From: Lingula anatina
Lineage: Eukaryota > Animalia > Brachiopoda
Assembly: GCA_051362555.1 (NCBI GenBank)
Contig: CM120640.1
Location: 52,430,788-52,494,787 of the forward strand
DNA: 64,000 nt
Direction of reading: 5' to 3'
A program made the translations under genes and the position numbers. Numbering within the stretch: position 1 is the stretch's first letter; the number at the start of each line of letters is the position of its first letter. This document shows positions 25,214 through 55,307 of the stretch, piece by piece. Below the pieces are notes generated by a model, which had not been told where the DNA came from, ran no database searches, and saw nothing but the letters and a program-made list of their open reading frames with translations.

Positions 25214-25884
25214 AAGTATTGTCTTTCTAGAAAAGTGAATTTGACAATGTTTATGTGTAGCTTTCATCATTTTTTGCGCTGCAGTTTATTAGCATTTTTT
25301 ATATTTTTTGTTTTCACTTGAAATATATTATTTTTAAAGTAGACAAAAACTGATTTTATAACTGGACAAGTCACACTGTATTTGAAACTTCAAGAATGTC
25401 TTCTAGCAAATTATTTTCTTTTTGTTAATATCAAAGAATCTATTCTAAAATCTGTAAGTAGTATAGCAGCAGTGTAGCCACAATAAAATATCAGTGAGAT
25501 AAGGATATAATCTAAGTTACCTATATCTAAACATATAATATGAGCAGCTTACAGTTATTGGACTTTATGTTTTGTAGATAAGGTTGATGCTTCCTTCTTA
25601 TTCCAAAAGAGCACCTAGGATTGCTGGTCTATAGGCTGCTAAATGTGCTCAAGCACTGATCCCAATAAATGTATATGCTACACATTGTCTTCTCGTCTAC
25701 AGCTGATGACAAGTTTATCATCATGTTGACTAGTGGAATTGCTAAGAGTAAATGAGCGTTTCCGAAGGTTTTTTGTTCAGATATGGATTAAAATTGTCTG
25801 ACTTCAGCTACACATAATTTCCCTATATTAGTCATTTTTCCTGAAGAATATGTAACAGCTCCTTGAAAATGATGATTCAGAATT

Positions 25885-31647
<5,763 letters not shown>

Positions 31648-34600
31648 TTAAGCTATTAAAACTTCAAGCTGCTGCCTTAGTCAGTGATAATGAACTGCAT
31701 GTCCAGTCTTTGATCAAATATATCAGAGAAATACATGTACATGCCTTCCTTAATGTTGCAACATACAGTAAACAAAATCAAACCTTACCCAGGTACGAAA
31801 TCAATGAAACAACAGGTAAAGGGACTATCCTGTCAGTGCTAGGACAGTCAAGGAAGATCATGTATGAATACAATCAAGTAGCACGACTGTATAAATGTGA
31901 CCTGTTAGGCTGTGGCATATATCATTAATGCCATAGCTTCTCCTTGTGTGCTGCATAAAACATTGAATAAATGCCTATAAAGTGATGGGCTGAAAGTTCA
32001 CTGTAACAATCCATGGAGGTATAGAATGCTATGATAGATGTATCCTAACCTAAATAACTACTCACCTGTGACTTTTTATTAAGGTATATGGTTAGTCTGT
32101 ATGGTACCGCCTTCTTCAGCTGTAAAACAGCTGTGAATGAGCCAAATGCTTGACAGTATCTGTGACATAGCCACAGGCACGACACTGTTGCCACTGTATG
32201 ATGAAGTATGCCTGTACTTAACTTGATGTAAGAGGGGAATATTAATTCAGTGTAATCAAAGAGCAGATATGGGACAAGTTTTGCAGTGTAGATCTGTATG
32301 AAGAAATATGTCTCATTTGTTAAAGCCAGGGGAGAGGGGTTAGTGGGAGTTTTGTGTTGCAACTGCACATTTACATATCAACATAATTTAATTAGCATAA
32401 TGATTTCACAGTCTGTTACACAGCCATAATATACATTTAAGCAAACATTTTCTATTTGACTAAAATTTTGTCACATTTCAGCATTCTTACCTGGTTTTTA
32501 TTGTATTCAATACTATTGGAGGTAGAAACTGGCACTACCCCACAATGAACAAAAACTTTTTTCACCTGAGCTACTACATTCCATTTGGGTTGGTGTAGCA
32601 GTGCCTAAAGCAGGTCCATGTACATTACAAACATCTGTACAAATACATGTACCATCCCCACCCCACTCACCCCAAATAACAAAAAGATATGTAAATTTGG
32701 AAAGCACAAATATTGAAGTTTGGGTCATATTCATTATGCATTTTAATGTGTGTACTTAAGTTATATGAAGCATTTGGTACTTAAAAGGAAAGGAACCATA
32801 ACATGTTTTTCTGACCCTGTTTTATTCTTAAAATAATTTTTTACGAACTACATATTAAATAATCACAACATATCAAGCATGATTAAGACAATCCATTAAC
32901 TGAAAAACCAACAAATATACAACCCAATTTTATTACTAAAAAGAATAATATAGAGTTTACTGTGTCACCTGTACCATCATTAGATTAATGCAATTCAATA
33001 TTCAATTTGATGCATTATTATAGTATCTGTAAAACTTATTATTACTTATTTACTATATCTTTACATGAATTTTGTAAACAACAAGCATTTATGCAGAGTA
33101 AAATCATACTAACAGCTCAGTCATCTTTAGTATCTACATGGCACCAAAACTGCAAGTAATGCAGCAAGAATTAGTAAGGGTCATTCTCAATACATAAACA
33201 ATTCACATCTGCTAAAACTACCTTTTATTCTGGGACCATCCAACTGAAAAAAGCAGAGACCAGCTCACATAAAACATGATTAAAATTTTATGGCAACAAC
33301 AAGTTTAAAAAAAATGAAATTGTGCCCTTACAGAAAATATCTAATACTTCATTTATTCAAATATTAATTATTAAATAAAGCACGCTTTTTTCTCATTAGC
33401 ATATGCTTTATCCTGAGTGCTCCCCTGTAAACAACTGTGAACAGCCTTTTTATTTCAAAAACCCATTTACTAGAACAACCTTCTAAGCATTAATAAGAAA
33501 CACAAGGATTCAGATCACATTCAAAAATGTACATAACTGGGACACAAACAGTCAACTTGAACAGCATTCAGAATGCACAGCCCTCCACCAAGGACCTGTC
33601 ACTGATAAGTTGTGGTAGTTGAAACATGTTCATTGCACAAAGGGTAAAGATAACTGACCCTTTCCAACAACTGTGAAGAATCCTTTAGAAAATTATGGTA
33701 ATCAAGTTCATGGAAAGCTACAAAAATTCAATCCCTTTTAAGACAGCCCATCTCTGACTTATACTGAATATTTCATGAAATCCATCAAACAGATGGAAAT
33801 CAGACACATTACCTCATTAGCTGACCGAGGTAATAAGCAACATAAAAATACTGCAAGAAGACTAGCCCATATAGTAATACCCTCAAAAAGTACATACAGG
33901 AAACAGGAAAATGATTGTCAACTGAATATTATTATATTATGGTGATCCCCATTCAATTTTTTTAACTCATACTGTACTGCATTTTTTTATATAAAACTAA
34001 TTTTATAACTTGATGATATAATTATAAACCTACTTGGCAAAATTGAAATCTAAAATATAAATCAAAGGTAGACACTAAACATTTCAACCTGAAATGTCAA
34101 ACAACCTCTAGGCAAAGACAAACACACAAATGAAATTTGAGTAAAATTTCAAATGAAAAAACACATTGTGGTAAAATTTTCCACAATTTTACAAATTATT
34201 CATGCTGAGATATCATTTATAAGATTAAGCTTTTAGGGTTCCTTATCCATGAAATAATAAAGAATCATCAAAGATCTATAGCCTCCATTTGATAAACTAT
34301 GTTATTAACCCAAGGATAAGCTAGATGAACACTAAGTAGGAAGCCATTTCAATTACACATTCTGAATATTATGTAAAATTATTTGTTATTATGTTTATAG
34401 GTCTTTGACAGTAAAAGCCGTTTTGCTTTTCTGAAAGAACTATAAAATTCACATAAACATTAATTTCTTAAAAGTCATGAAATGCATCACACATGTAATA
34501 TGGAGATGTCTAGTATGATTAATGGCATTTCATTAGACAACTTGTTTCTTGGAATAAATTAAAACACAAACATCAAATGTAAAACTAGACATTTAACCTA

Positions 34601-34705
34601 CCTATTTAACTCCCAATGTGCCCTGCACAAACAATCAAAATAAATTATATTGCAGGATGAAATGAGATGTCATCTTTGTTACATATCCGAAGGTTGATTT
34701 TATTA

Positions 34706-45443
<10,738 letters not shown>

Positions 45444-46268
45444 CTACAATAGGATAGTATACAAACAACTCTGACTGAAAACACCTCGTATTCTGAGAAT
45501 TTTTCTATTACAGACAAGGCAGGAATTTGCAAAAAAAAAAAATGTTTACAGATGATGCTAAAAAATATCCTTTTGCCATTTTAGTGTGAAAATCAATCCT
45601 AGATTACTTTTTTATCTTCACGAAACCGTTTAGGAAGTAGACATGTAATAAATTACAGTATAAAACTTCATAAAACCATGCATGATCATCCCCTTAGTCT
45701 TTACAACACACTGCCCATGTCAGCGTTTTTCTGTACAGACAACACCACCTAACCTTGTTAAGATTATTACCATACAATCCTTACTAAATTGTGACTACGT
45801 AATTATGCATGGATAATTTAAAGAATATAAATGTCGTCTGAAAGCGAAAACTACAGGCTAATTACTTACAACTTTGGACTGATGTTCAATAAGGATAGTC
45901 TCTCCTCAATCTGTGTCCGTCTGCTGCTACGCACACACTGACAGCAACGGAGTTTCGTACACATTTAAAATATAGTTTCGAATGTATATTTCCGAAGGAA
46001 AACGGTAAAAGTATGATAAATAATTAAAAACTGTTTATTTTTCAAAATACGTTAAAATTGCAATTTTTAAAAAATTAGTTTAAATGACTTAAAATTTGAC
46101 TGGAGAGATAAGAATTATACGATAACTAAAATCCACATTAAAAACGGCTCATTGTACAAACTTTTGCGACGATTACCAGTGAGCAAGTTGCACGGTTATT
46201 ATTCGTCGTTTCGAGGTCTCTGTTGTTGAAAATACATTTTCAGACTGTAAAATTCACATTAACCAACC

Positions 46269-49200
46269 ATGGGTTGTGATGGGGGTACGATTCCACGACG
46301 GGATGAATTGGTTAGGATGAAAAAGAAACCAGAGCAGGTGAATATCACTAAATTACAAAAGTAGCTTATTATTTAAGTTGAAATTATGAAAAGTGCAAAA
46401 TAAAGTATTCCCAATTTTGCTTGTAAGTGATAATGAGAAATTCATTGCTGAACTGCGCCATTATGTAGAAAAATGTTTCCATTCTCGCAGTGATGCTAAT
46501 CGTATGTTGCATTGCCAACGTAATTAACTCCTATAGGTATATCAGAAAATTTTTCAAACTGATCAGAAAATTATAATACTTATATCATCTGAAAGGTAAT
46601 GCAAAAACCGGATGAAATCATTTGGAATTTTTTAAATATTCCTACAAGCAACAAAGATTTTGAAGTTTTTTTAACTGCAAAAATTCACCAAAAGTGTCCA
46701 CACTCTTCATCTAAAAACCTGTGAATACTGACCAGCGGTGATCACTCAGCTGTAGCTGCAGCTCAAATTGCTTGTGACCAATTAGGGCAATTAGGGCTCT
46801 ATGTTAATCTGATGACCCGGAAACAAACCCAAATTGGCGACCGCACAAGCACATGGCTGGGATGGCTTCCGTGCAGATCATATATTATAAAGATTGTGCA
46901 TCAAATAAACTATACTTCGCATGTTTTAATTTTCTACATAATATTGAAAATTTCGTTAACTTTATTCATTATAAATTTCAAAAAATTTCAACCAGTATGT
47001 ACCTGACATTTTTGAGCATTTTGTCGAGGCAAAACTTCAAACGCCCTGAACTGAAACTTCTCAAAGACTGCAACACGGGAAAATCACATGACCGGATTTT
47101 TCTCTTTGATTTACAGCTTATTTAGTTAATGGCTTGTATTAGTTTTTTTACACGGTGCTAAAAGAGAGGTATAAAAAAGGGGTGCCGTAGGCGAGCTGTC
47201 AGCAGGCCAATATCAGTTTTACACTTTACTGCCCCTGGATAGTTACTACTGTAGCGCCCCTAGCGGATTGTGATATACCTAACTCCTAGCACGAAGATTG
47301 ATGCATTAGCACTCCTACTGAAGGTTCTGATATGTACTGGCTGTGCTAACATGTACGGTCTGTTCTGCGTGAACCATCCGTCCTGACCGACTGTACACGC
47401 AGCAGACACGTGTATGAGCCGTTTTGTGAATGATCCGTTGTTATTCACCTGTACTGTTATATTCGGCTAGTTCATTTTCTACCTCATTATATATTTACTA
47501 TGATGGGGATAAAATTCATGTGTTAATTGATAATTTTGATAGAGAATCAGTGTCAAAATACAGTTCGATGCATGGATGAACCTACCGTGGACGGGCCGTC
47601 GTTATTCAGCTGCTGGCTACTATTTTAGTATTGATTTTACTAGGCTAGTGTGTAGATATCACCCTGAGCTTCAGAGCTAACTTGACACTAACCTTTTCAC
47701 TGTAGCCTATTTCCATCGTGTCAAGTAACCTCTGACCAGATTCGATAGCCCCCGCTGCCCGCCAATCAAATTTAAAGCCCGCACTCAATGACTCATTGAA
47801 CGATCTAGCCAATGAACGCGAACGAGTCAAAGCGCGCTTTGTTCAAATCCAGACCAATCAAAGATAAGGCTGAATATCAGGGACTTGTCGTAACCTGTGG
47901 GCAGCACGCAAAATACATCATCCCTCAGTAGCTAATGATGCAGGGCATCATACTGCTCTGGTTTCAATTCCGATATACTCCATGCTTTCTTTGTGTACGG
48001 TTATGCACTCGGAACTACTCGGATGTCTCCGCACTCGACAATAACTATGTTGTTAGTATGGAGCTTGCGGAATCAGCCGAGGATTGCCGATTGACGATCA
48101 ACCAATCAGCGTTTTCACCAAACTTTGGTGAAAAATTTTGAAACATGGATTCGATTGGCTTATATAAAATAGGTCAAACTATTTTCGTCAGAGGTTACTT
48201 GACACGATGGAGATAGGCTACAGTGAAAAGGTTAGTGTCAAGTTAGCTCTGAAGCTCAGGGTGGTTGATATGGCCACCTGAGGGAAATTGCAGTAGAGGT
48301 TAACATCTATAAGATATGAAAACATCTAGAGATTATGTTTAAATTTGCAGTATGTTCTCAACAGCGCATGTTTATTAAAGGCTAAGAATGTATTGATGAC
48401 TCTATGGAGACGGACTGTACACGCCGGAAGTATCTCAGATTTGCCTGCGCTTTGTGCGCATGAGCAGAATGGATGGTTCACACTCCGAGTGATACACGCC
48501 ACACCGTCAATAGGAGCGCTAACGCATGAATTTTCAGGGGGCATCTCAATAGTCTGAAGGTTTATTGGTCCGAAAGTTCATAAGTCCTAAAAATGGTAAT
48601 ATTTTCATCGGTTTTTTAATCAAGGGTTCAATAGTCTGAAGGTTTTATAGTGAACATTCGGACCAATGAACCTTCGGACTATTGAACCTCCAGACTACTG
48701 CTATGGCCCCAATTTTCTTGCTGTTAACCTGCGTGTATTAAAGAGCAAATCAATTTATACCCATGTATCATTTATTGGGACTCCCTAAAATGTGCAATAT
48801 GGTGCCAGAATAGGCAACACATCCACTGGACTCATTTTTTTCAGTGTAGTGTGCTGTATTGCACATTTTAGTAGACTGGATCTTACTCATACACTGACTT
48901 TTGTGTATCTTGATAATTGGTCTTATGACTTATCTTCTTTGTAGGACTTAAATACAATGCAATTATCACCCAATATGAACAACCTTTTTTGAAATCCACA
49001 TTTCCATTGTAGAAAGATAAAGACATGGCAACTGCTGCAAAATGGCAACATTGTGCACTTACTCAAGAAAAACTACGAGCTCCAATTGTGGCATGTGAAC
49101 TTGGAAGGTTAGTTACATATGTCTTTGAGCAGATTGCACAAGTGATTAAGTCCAGGTATATTGAGGTTTCAGGTTACATCTGTGATAATAGTAAATATCA

Positions 49201-52049
49201 ATGGGCTTAAAGTTATAAATGCTTCTTTGCAACTTAACCCGACCAAATGCCACCATTTAGTTTCATACATGTTACTTAAAAGAAATACCAAAGGATATTA
49301 CCTCATACTTCCCAAGAATGATATTTAAACATATATTTTCTGCTTTCTTTCTATCAGGCCTACTCCACTACCAGACTCAGCACCGAATGATCCCAAATTC
49401 ACCGGTAGATCAGATCACACTACCCATTTTCAAGGTGTTTGTCAGTATGCATTTCACAGTATCATGTCCCGGAACAAATTTTGAGATGAGATGCACTACT
49501 TTCCAACCCCGCTCAGAATCATCGCTAAATCACATCGTGTACTAGGCAAGAGTGGTGTCGCGTCTGATACTTCGAAGAGCATACTGACGGCAATAATCTA
49601 GTTTTTGTTTTACATAGAATTATCAACTGTCGCACCTAGGGGCCATCAAACTCAGTTTCATGAGTCCTGGGTTGCATTAAACACACACACACACACACAT
49701 AACAAATTAAGAAACGACTCTCATTTTTGCACAATTTAGAGTCTGATACTTCGAAGCGCGTACTGTCACACACCTTGAAAATAGGTAGTGTGGTCCAATC
49801 TACTGGTGAATTCAGGATCACTCGGTGCCGAGTCTGGTAGTTGACAAATGCAAGATTATATTTGATCAAAATGTTTATGTACATTTCAGGCTATATAACA
49901 AGGAAGCTGTGATTGAATTTTTGTTGGACAAAAGTAAATTTGAGGGAGCAAGTAGTTCCCAACATATTAAAGGATTAAAGGTATTAACAACTGGAAGAAA
50001 AGAAGACCACACATCCTATAGTTGTATATGTTGAATATGTATTTTGTAAAGTGGAAAACCATCAGCTGTTTATAAAATTTAAAGTTAAACAGTATTTAAC
50101 AGGCTAGTTGGTATCAATTTTAAAATAGTTCATTTACTTTAATTGTTTTTTATGACAAGCCTTGAATGAACAGACTAAAACTGGTGTATGATGTATCAAT
50201 TTTGCATTAATTCACTTATTTTGATATTTGTTTATGACACCTCTTGAATGAAAATATATCTTGATGTTTAACAATCAAAACTTGGTGTATGTATGAGCTT
50301 ACATAAAGTCCCACCCATTAATATACCAGGATGTCAGAGAGTTGAAATTGACAGAGAACCCTGCCTTCACCAAGGAAGTGGCTGAGAAGGGGAATGCGTA
50401 CATAGACATGCAACTGTCTAAATACATTTGCCCAGTGGTGGGGTTGGAAATGAATGGAAGATACAAGTTAGTTTTTACTTTGGTTTGTCTTGAATGCAAA
50501 AATGTCCTGGCTCAAGCATCCTTGGTTTTATCTTGTTTGAATGCTTTGCACACATTTGTGACATTCTTTGTCTCAAATTGTATATTAATGAACTATAGTG
50601 AAACTATCAGAGTGCATTATCACATATTTTCAGAGCCAAACATGCATGAATAGTTATGCTTGCACATACAAAATGTTATTGTGAGAAAATTTGTTATAAA
50701 ACTTCAGGACTTAAGGTTATGAGCAAGGTATTAAGGGGTTGGACAAAAAAAACATTAAGCCTTCTTTAATTTTTTGGTAAAATATATTTGTGAAATAGTT
50801 TTGTGTTATAAACGTTGTAGTTGTAAGACATGTTTACTTCAGTGGTTGGCCTTTTTCAGTTTTTGCTTTCCCTGGAGCTGTGGCTGTGTGGTTTCTGAGA
50901 GAGCCATGAAGGAAGTAAAGTCAGAAAATTGCCACAAAGTAAGTGCTCTGCATGACTGACACAACTCACTCTCACTCTTTATGGTTTTTAAATAGGCTGT
51001 ATCTTAGGAATAAGAGAAAATTGTTAAAGTTTCCAGGAATAAAATTTTGGCTATGTAATTGTCTAATGCAAATACCTGATCATGGTTGTTCAGTATATAT
51101 TGGTTTGTCAAATAATGTACCTTCTTCGGGTTTCAGTGTGGGAAACCTTTTAAAAGTGATGATGTTGTGGTATTGAATGGAAATGAGGAAGAAGTTGAAC
51201 AAATGAAGAAGAATATGGAACACAGAAGACTTCAAGCAAAGCTGGAGAAAGTGAGTGAATTGAAATGGTTACTTTTCCAATCAAAAACAAAGGTCATTGA
51301 ATTAGTTTTGATTACTTACATTGAAGGTGGAGGGTGAAGCACTGTTAAGACGTTGTTACTTTCTTAAAAGCATAATTAATTTTCAATATATTATTGGACA
51401 GTTCATATTAATGCATTTTGTTCCAGGAAGAGTGGTAGAGAATGGTGACATATAAAATGTTTTAATTAATTTTTTTTTTCAAATTCTTTCTATGAACAGA
51501 AAGCCAAAAAATCAGGAAAACATAAGGCATCTGCAGCAGTTGGGAGCAGTGAAGGTATGTAACAGTTTTAACAAAAACAAGAAAAATGCAGAAAAAGAAA
51601 GTTATTGAAAACGTGTGATCAGATACAAATACAGTTTACATATTAGCACTGATTACTTAAAACTGGTATTTGCTTGATATCAATGCATTTAGTTATTGGA
51701 GAGATATGAGGAGTTGTAAACTTGAATGCTTATTTGCTTTACAGATTTGGTTGTAGATAACAAAAGAAGTAAATTGGATTTGCCCAGCACAAGTAAACCT
51801 GGCGTAGTATCTACTTCAGATACATTTATGTCATCTAGCAAGTTGACCAATGGCAGACTGGATGACAAAGCAGGCAAGGAACTTAAAAAGACATCCAATG
51901 GGAAGTTGGGTGAGAAAGAGGTTAAATCTAAGAGTATCCAGTCAGACCCAACTACAAGCAAAGTGTTTAAATCCCTTTTTACATCCAGTGAGGCAGCTAA
52001 GAAGCAACCCTCAGCTCATTGGGTTACGTATAACCCCTGTTATAATTGA
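46269..52049 (+). CDS. RTF2: Replication termination factor 2; exons 46269-46337, 49013-49107, 49890-49980, 50330-50466, 50860-50938, 51137-51250, 51500-51554, 51745-52049
   Basis: MGCDGGTIPRRDELVR, PIVACELGRLYNKEAVIEFLL, YICPVVGLEMNG, CGCVVSERA, KSLFTS...HWVTYNP. Confidence 0.95.
47660..48263. mobile_element. MITE with ~77-bp TIRs, hAT-like
   Basis: CACCCTGAGCTTCAGAGCTAACTTGACACTAACC... and its reverse complement; flanks GTAGATAT / GTTGATAT (7 of 8 match). Confidence 0.85.
48548..48685. mobile_element. Short palindromic MITE-like repeat; relative at ~59849-59905
   Basis: CAATAGTCTGAAGGTTTATTGGTCCGAA ... TTCGGACCAATGAACCTTCGGACTATTG. Confidence 0.7.
49367..49841. mobile_element. MITE with ~85-bp imperfect TIRs
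   Basis: ACTACCAGACTCAGCACCG... / ...CGGTGCCGAGTCTGGTAGT; explains the similar peptides on opposite strands in the ORF track. Confidence 0.8.
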
Positions 52050-52559
52050 CAAAATTCAATATATGAAAAGCAGAGGAATTACAAATCAACTTCAAATTTG
52101 ATTATGATAAACATTTTGATTTTAAAATGAAAAATACATCATGGGTCCCTGGGACCAGGAGCCATTGGAGGGTATATTTGATACTTTACAGAACTGACAG
52201 TTGAAATTAACTAAAAGTAGACTGAAGTACCTGTCATCAGTGCATTCATTGTATATTTTTACCCTTTTTTTATTTACTTCATTGTATTTTATTACATGGA
52301 AAACTTATTAAAGGTGAATAAAAACTTAAATTTGAGAAGAATGGGAATATGCATTCCTCATGAAAGTCGAGGCACATTAATATGTCAAAAGAAAGTGCAA
52401 GAAAATTAAGTGTGCAACAAACCAGTTACTCTACAAGCAGCAAAGCTAAAAAGTGTACAGATATAAAAGCAAAGAATGATACACAAAATATGTTATTTTG
52501 TCAATTTTGATGCAATTTTGATTGATGCTTTACACCAAAATCAACACCAAATTTTAACA

Positions 52560-53520
52560 AGATAAATCAAATTTAATGGTAGATATGAATGTATCTGTTT
52601 TCCTGTACAGATACAAGTACTAAGGTCTAATTGATATGCAAAGTGCATTTTATGTGGAAAAGTGGGTCAAATTCAATGTTACATTAAAAGATTCCCAATA
52701 TGATTTGCTTTTCAAGTTCAATAGCAATGTTACCATGGGTGATTTTCTCACTTTTGGTGATATAAAGGCTCGAAAGTACAGTTCGTAGGGGGAAAGTAAG
52801 TCAAATTCAAGGTCACATGAATTTGGTGCTTTCCCAGTGATTTAGATTGATCTAAAGATTAAGTTTTAGATCGACCTAACTCCCTGGGGGTTCAGGCTAA
52901 ATTGCAGTCAGCCGAGCGGACACCATAGTTAATTACCCCCTTACAGCTTTTAGTAGGCAATACAGACGCTTAAGCCAGCCAAGCTGACAGTTATCTAGTG
53001 AGACTCCCCACATCTATGGAAATGGGGTGATAAAGATCACCAAAAAATGACTTTCAATTGTAACTATGGGTGTATCACTGCTAGTTTAGGAAAATTTCAT
53101 ATTTTGAAAAAATTCATCAGTGAGCATTCCTTTTTGAAATAAACTACATGAAAAACAAACAAACAGTGTTGCAATTGACAAACTGCTAAAAATGAGCTCT
53201 CTAGCTTTTATGGTTCCAAAATTACAGAGTTTTCAGGAATGGCATTTTATGGCTGCGTCTCCAGTGAAGATGCAATGATTGACCCTGAACCAGGGATGAA
53301 AAAAGAAGACCCCAAGTGTAACTTCTCATCATTATATTTAAGCAAAGTGGTACAAACATTTTTCCACAGAATTTTTTTTTTTTCAAAATTTGGCCCATTT
53401 GAAGATTTAGGTTAAAGGCCTCATCTAAGGTCATCTTCAAAGTCTCCACATATGACTTGTGGTCAAACTTTAAAAGTAACTTTTCCCATAATTCCTTAGG
53501 GAGATATTTAGCATTTTTAA
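52560..53520 (-). mobile_element. Old, degenerate relative of the HINE family, interrupted by a MITE
   Basis: 53380-53515 resembles 39545-39690; decayed array-like units at 52630-52820. Confidence 0.55.
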
Positions 53521-54492
53521 AATTTCAAAATAATGTTGATTAAAAGAAACAGCCTAACTTTTGGAAAAATGGTCCAATCAACGGGATTTTTTCAAACTCG
53601 ACCTGTATTTTAATCACTCGGCTTAATCACATGATCATATAACTGGTTTGAGTCCACTCAGGCTACCGGTTTCAAGTATAAGTATAGGCACTGTTTACAA
53701 CTGTTCCAGGAAAAAAAAAAAGAGTCCCTTGTCGCCTGCGTACTGGCAATGTATAGTGAAGCATGTCATGACAATGATCATAGTTGTGGGAAATACATAT
53801 ATGGAAATTATGACATGTTTATTTAAATCTCAAGTAATAGTCCAGTAAATGAACCAAATTTTTCCACTGAAGTTGATAAAAAAATTTTGCAAAGGTTTCT
53901 GAATATGGCCCAGTTATGGGCTAATATAACCCAGATAATTTCCCACTGGAATCCACCCATGGCAAAGTGCCATAATCCAAAATGGCCCCCAGAGGGTATT
54001 TAAGTGGGCATATCATGGAAACGGTAACCTAGAAACTTGTTAGAGGTATCATTTCTAATGTTCAAACGCATGGCCCTTCATTTGAAAAAAGTTTGGAAGT
54101 CATCTGGGGTCAAGGTCATGCCTAAATATCAAGATCAATCTCAAAAAAGGACTAAAATATCATAAAGTACAATGTCAGCTTTCTTTATTCTTTTCTTTTT
54201 TTGACATCACAAAGAACGATATAATAAGTGTCGAGTGTAAATGTGTGACAATCCCTTAGGCCTTGGAGTCATAGCCAATTAGTGTATGTCTAACATCTTT
54301 GTGTACCTAAGTTCACAGCTAAGCCTTTATATAAGAATCCGAGATATATCTTGATAGTCCCAATTGTCAGTCTTGCCTGTTGTACCAGCTTGTTTATGGA
54401 GGTTATTGTACGTTTATTTGTTCTGTATGACAATGTAATTGATGCTTTCTGTTAGTCCCGACAATCGGCATAATAATGTATATTGTGACTGT

Positions 54493-55307
54493 GGTATTAT
54501 GAAATACCATGAAAATCTGACTCCCCAAAAATGTGACTCCCCAGTCAGATTTTCATTATGAAAATGTGACTCCCCAGTCAAATTTTCATTATGAAAATGT
54601 GACTCCCCCTATGAAATTTTATTTTATTTGAGAATATAACTTTTATACTGTAGTATACATAATGGAGGCTACATTGGCACTTTTTGTTAGTTTGCAGATG
54701 AAAATTTTAATGAGAAAATAAGGAAATTTAAAAAAGTGTATTTTACCACCCAATGACTCCCCTATAAAAAAGCTATTTATTTGATATTTGGTGATCATTT
54801 CAACATTTTTCTTTAAGTTTGCTTTATGAAGAATATATATTGGAAATATTTGAAAGTTTCGTGGTAAAATATTGGGTGCAAAAAATGAAAAAAAAATCAT
54901 ATAAAATCTTCATATTCATACCCATGGGATTCGGACTCTCATGAACAAAAGGCCCTATTTTATATCTAGTCAACAAACCATTGTTTTCTACAAGGTTTGC
55001 ATTGTGACATATATTTTGTTAGTATTTGAAAGTTATGTGGTGAAAATTGTGGTGAAAATTGATAATTTTTGAAACTAGCATTCATCTTACTACTTGCAGG
55101 ACTTGGACTCCCATAGCCTTTTCATAGGAGTCATTGAGTGGAAAAATACATTTTCTTTTTTTTTTTCTTTTTTTTTCTCATGAAAATTTTCAAAAAGTGC
55201 CAATGTAACTTCCATTATGCATACTAAATGATAAAAGTTATATACTCAAATAAAATAAGATTTATGAAGTTTTGTGAGGGGGGAGTCAGATTTTCATGTT
55301 ACACCGG
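54493..55307. mobile_element. Foldback/MITE-like element with GACTCCCC subterminal repeats
   Basis: ATGAAAATSTGACTCCCC-type repeats on the left, GGGGAGTCAGATTTTCATG on the right; long imperfect inverted arms 54618-54715 vs 55178-55260; TGTGACT on both flanks. Confidence 0.7.

Noticed and set aside
49318-49884. Similar peptides encoded on opposite strands
   Set aside because: Artefact of MITE terminal inverted repeats
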